NCBI RefSeq assembly: GCF_000143415.4
Contig: NW_003314267.1
Span: forward strand, 2,583,839-2,647,838
Origin: Selaginella moellendorffii
Taxonomy: Eukaryota > Plantae > Lycopodiophyta
Direction: 5' to 3'
DNA: 64,000 nucleotides
Numbering within the stretch: the first letter of the stretch is position 1; every line of letters begins with the position of its first letter. A program made the translations under genes and the position numbers. The notes beneath the pieces were generated by a model, which was not told the DNA's origin, did no database searches, and saw only the letters and a list, made by a program, of their open reading frames with translations. Positions 61,501-64,000 of the stretch are shown piece by piece.

Positions 61501-63767
61501 GACTGTTAAGTCAACGTTGACGTGCAACAAGCATGTAACCCACCTTCAAGCCAGTCGCACTGATCTTCTCCGCGAGTTGATCAACCGCAACGTTACTTGG
61601 AGCACATACTAGGACCTGCAAACAATTTTAAATTATTGTTACAATCCAATGTATGTGACTGGTAATACCTGTCCTTGCCCTTGTTTCGCCAAGTGGTAAA
61701 CAATTGCCGCGGAAGTCACCGTTTTACCAGTTCCAGGTGGACCTTGAATGAGGCTAACAGGCTTTTGCAATACGTGTTTAACAGCATAAACCTATAAATG
61801 CACACAAGTTAGAAGATCAACAATTATTTTTAGAAGCTAAAAACCTGCGAAGCATTCAGGTCGGGCAGACCTGGAGCAGCAAACCTCCTCGGCAATGTAT
61901 TTCGCACAGTTTGAGACTCCACCTCGTGACCCAAAAGTCGGTGATAGATGTATCTGGTATTGAAACCAAGTTATACTTTATAATCTAAAATTAAACGGGT
62001 ACTTACCCGCTGACACTGGTCTCATCGACGGCAAAGGTTTTCATAGCAGCTTGCATCCTGTCGAAACTGGTGCTTTTCCAAACAAAGTCCACGCTAAAAT
62101 TATGAAGCACATCAGTTGGAACCCCCTGCAAGAAAGAAAAAAGTAAATGACACGTTATCTTAGCCAAAGCAACCAATACCTGGCTCGCTCGAAGCTCTAA
62201 AGCAACCTCCTCTTGCGCGGTCAGTTTAATCTGAATGAAGTATCTTAGTTAGATCCTCCTATGCACGTCATATATGATATGAATACGGCGGTACTGTACC
62301 ACATGCCCAACCGACTGCCAAGCAGGATGAGAACTGTCACCAGAATACCGCAGACGCAGTTCGTCGCCGGGTACAAGCCTCAGTTCATTGTCTTCCTGTA
62401 ACGAAAAGACTTAAAAACCTGTGCAACCATCTGCCAGACATACCTTTGGAAACACAAAGTACGCAATGCGCTTTTTGTTCAGCCCAACGTCCCAACGAAC
62501 GGTAATGTTGTCCTTACTTTGAGATTCTTTCATCATCTACGATCCAGGCACAAGTTTAGATCAAAGAAGCCAATGAAAAAATCCAACCTTATCGTAATCG
62601 GCTTCAAGCTTCACTAGCGGCCCAAAAACATTTTGATACTATTAAGAAAAAACAATAAAGGTAAGTAAAAGAAACTATCTGAAGCAAGAAAATTATCACC
62701 TGATAGGCATCTTCGTATTTTAGCGCGACGGGTTGTGGTTCATCATCAACTCCAGGTTTTTCAAGGTCTTCTAATGTCGCATCCGGGTTTGTCTTCCAAA
62801 GCTCTTCCACCTTGTTTATTTGTTGCGCGCTGATTTGTCGTGCCCGTAGCTGTTCCTGCTCGGAAGGAACCTGTAGAAGTTCGAAGAGTAAGCGAACGAT
62901 CCAGACATAAGAAACGGAAGTACCTTTACAAGCCAGTGAAGAAAACAGCGATCATCTATAAGCGGCTGCCACTGACTTAGATCAAAGTTCATGTCTTTCA
63001 AGCCGCTGACACTTAAGCAAGGCTCACGGCACAAGAGCACTACAACACTCTCGGACTTGGCAGAGATATAACCCAGCAAAAACACATTGCGGCAGCCACA
63101 GTTGTAGCATTCGAGAATAGTTTCTCCGAGCGGGCTATCTTTGTGAAGGCAAACCTCCTTGTGCTTAGCTCGAACCTGCGAAAGAAAGAACCACGTATTA
63201 GCTTCGAAGAAACCAAAGCAAATAAAGAGAGAAACGTACGAGGTGATTCACAATGTGTGAGCCGGAAGTGTTGCCGCGGGAATTACAAAACCACTTGCGG
63301 CAAGTAGGAACGTTGCATCGCGCGACACAAGCCGGGTTGTGTATTCCACAGTACTTGCAAGCGTGCTCTGGAAGCGCCCTCTTGGAATAATCCTGGCTAT
63401 CATCTTCCCCAGTGTCTTCAAAGTTAAGATCACTGATACTTGCCGATAGCGCATTCAAAGCTGCCTGATTGCTCTTGGCCTCTGTCGCAGGATCACTGGC
63501 CCCAGTGCTCGCTGCTGCCGCCGCCGCCGCCGCTGCTCCAGTCGCGGCCGCGGCATCGTCGCCAGCATCCGGCGGCGTGACACTGACGCTGAAGGACGCC
63601 GCCTCTGGCCACACCGACGCCGGACGAACGGGCTGGCTCAGCTCGGTAAACTCTGGATAGTCGAATTCGTCCCCCTGCGTATTGAATTCGAGGAATGTGT
63701 AGGCATCGCTGTGCGATTGCGTCGCAGCGTCGAAGATGCTGTGCGATGGCGCCGATGGAGCCGACAT
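58560..63767 (-). CDS. UPF1: UPF1 / regulator of nonsense transcripts 1, SF1 RNA helicase (many short introns)
   Basis: [42 protein letters not shown] (CH domain), [44 protein letters not shown]; Q/S/G-rich tail; ATG at 63767, TAG at 58560-58562. Confidence 0.98.
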
Positions 63768-64000
63768 CCTGGAGGAAATCACTGACCTCGCGCCTCGCAG
63801 ACGCACCTCCTCCTCCAGCAAAATAGTTCTGCTGGTGTTGTAACCTAAAATCCCAGGGCTAATCCTTACCGTCGGCTATCGCGCTTACGTGGCACCATTT
63901 TACATTTAGGGCAAGGAAAGCTCTCTAGAAGCTTGGCGATGGGCGCGAGTCACAGCAACCTCGTCCATGCCGCGAGCGAGGAGGCGGGGGTGAAAGCGGC

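Overview
Repeat-dense land-plant genomic DNA. Evidence: TTTAGGG telomere motifs and ~45-70 nt introns in a plant-type UPF1 gene; a lycophyte such as Selaginella is a guess, not shown. The only intact host gene is UPF1 (58560-63767, minus). The centrepiece is a 12.26-kb cut-and-paste DNA transposon (2825-15087) with perfect 24-bp TIRs and a 4-bp CTTG TSD, splitting the integrase of a Ty3/gypsy element. It carries a Sola-like DDD transposase, a divergent multi-exon accessory gene ending in an FCP1/NIF-like HAD domain, and about 23 copies of a 20-bp palindrome (TGGCRTG-N6-CAYGCCA), two of them inside ~48-nt introns. The rest of the window holds four copies of a short-LTR gypsy family (tRNA-Ala PBS, 4-bp ACAT TSD) and LTRs that are themselves long fold-backs. 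It also has an inferred ~10-kb inversion, telomere-repeat filler at junctions, two inverted Crinkler-like REase-kinase copies, a WEE1 pseudogene hairpin and a SNAP25/33-like fragment. All family assignments come from motif recognition by eye; no searches were run.
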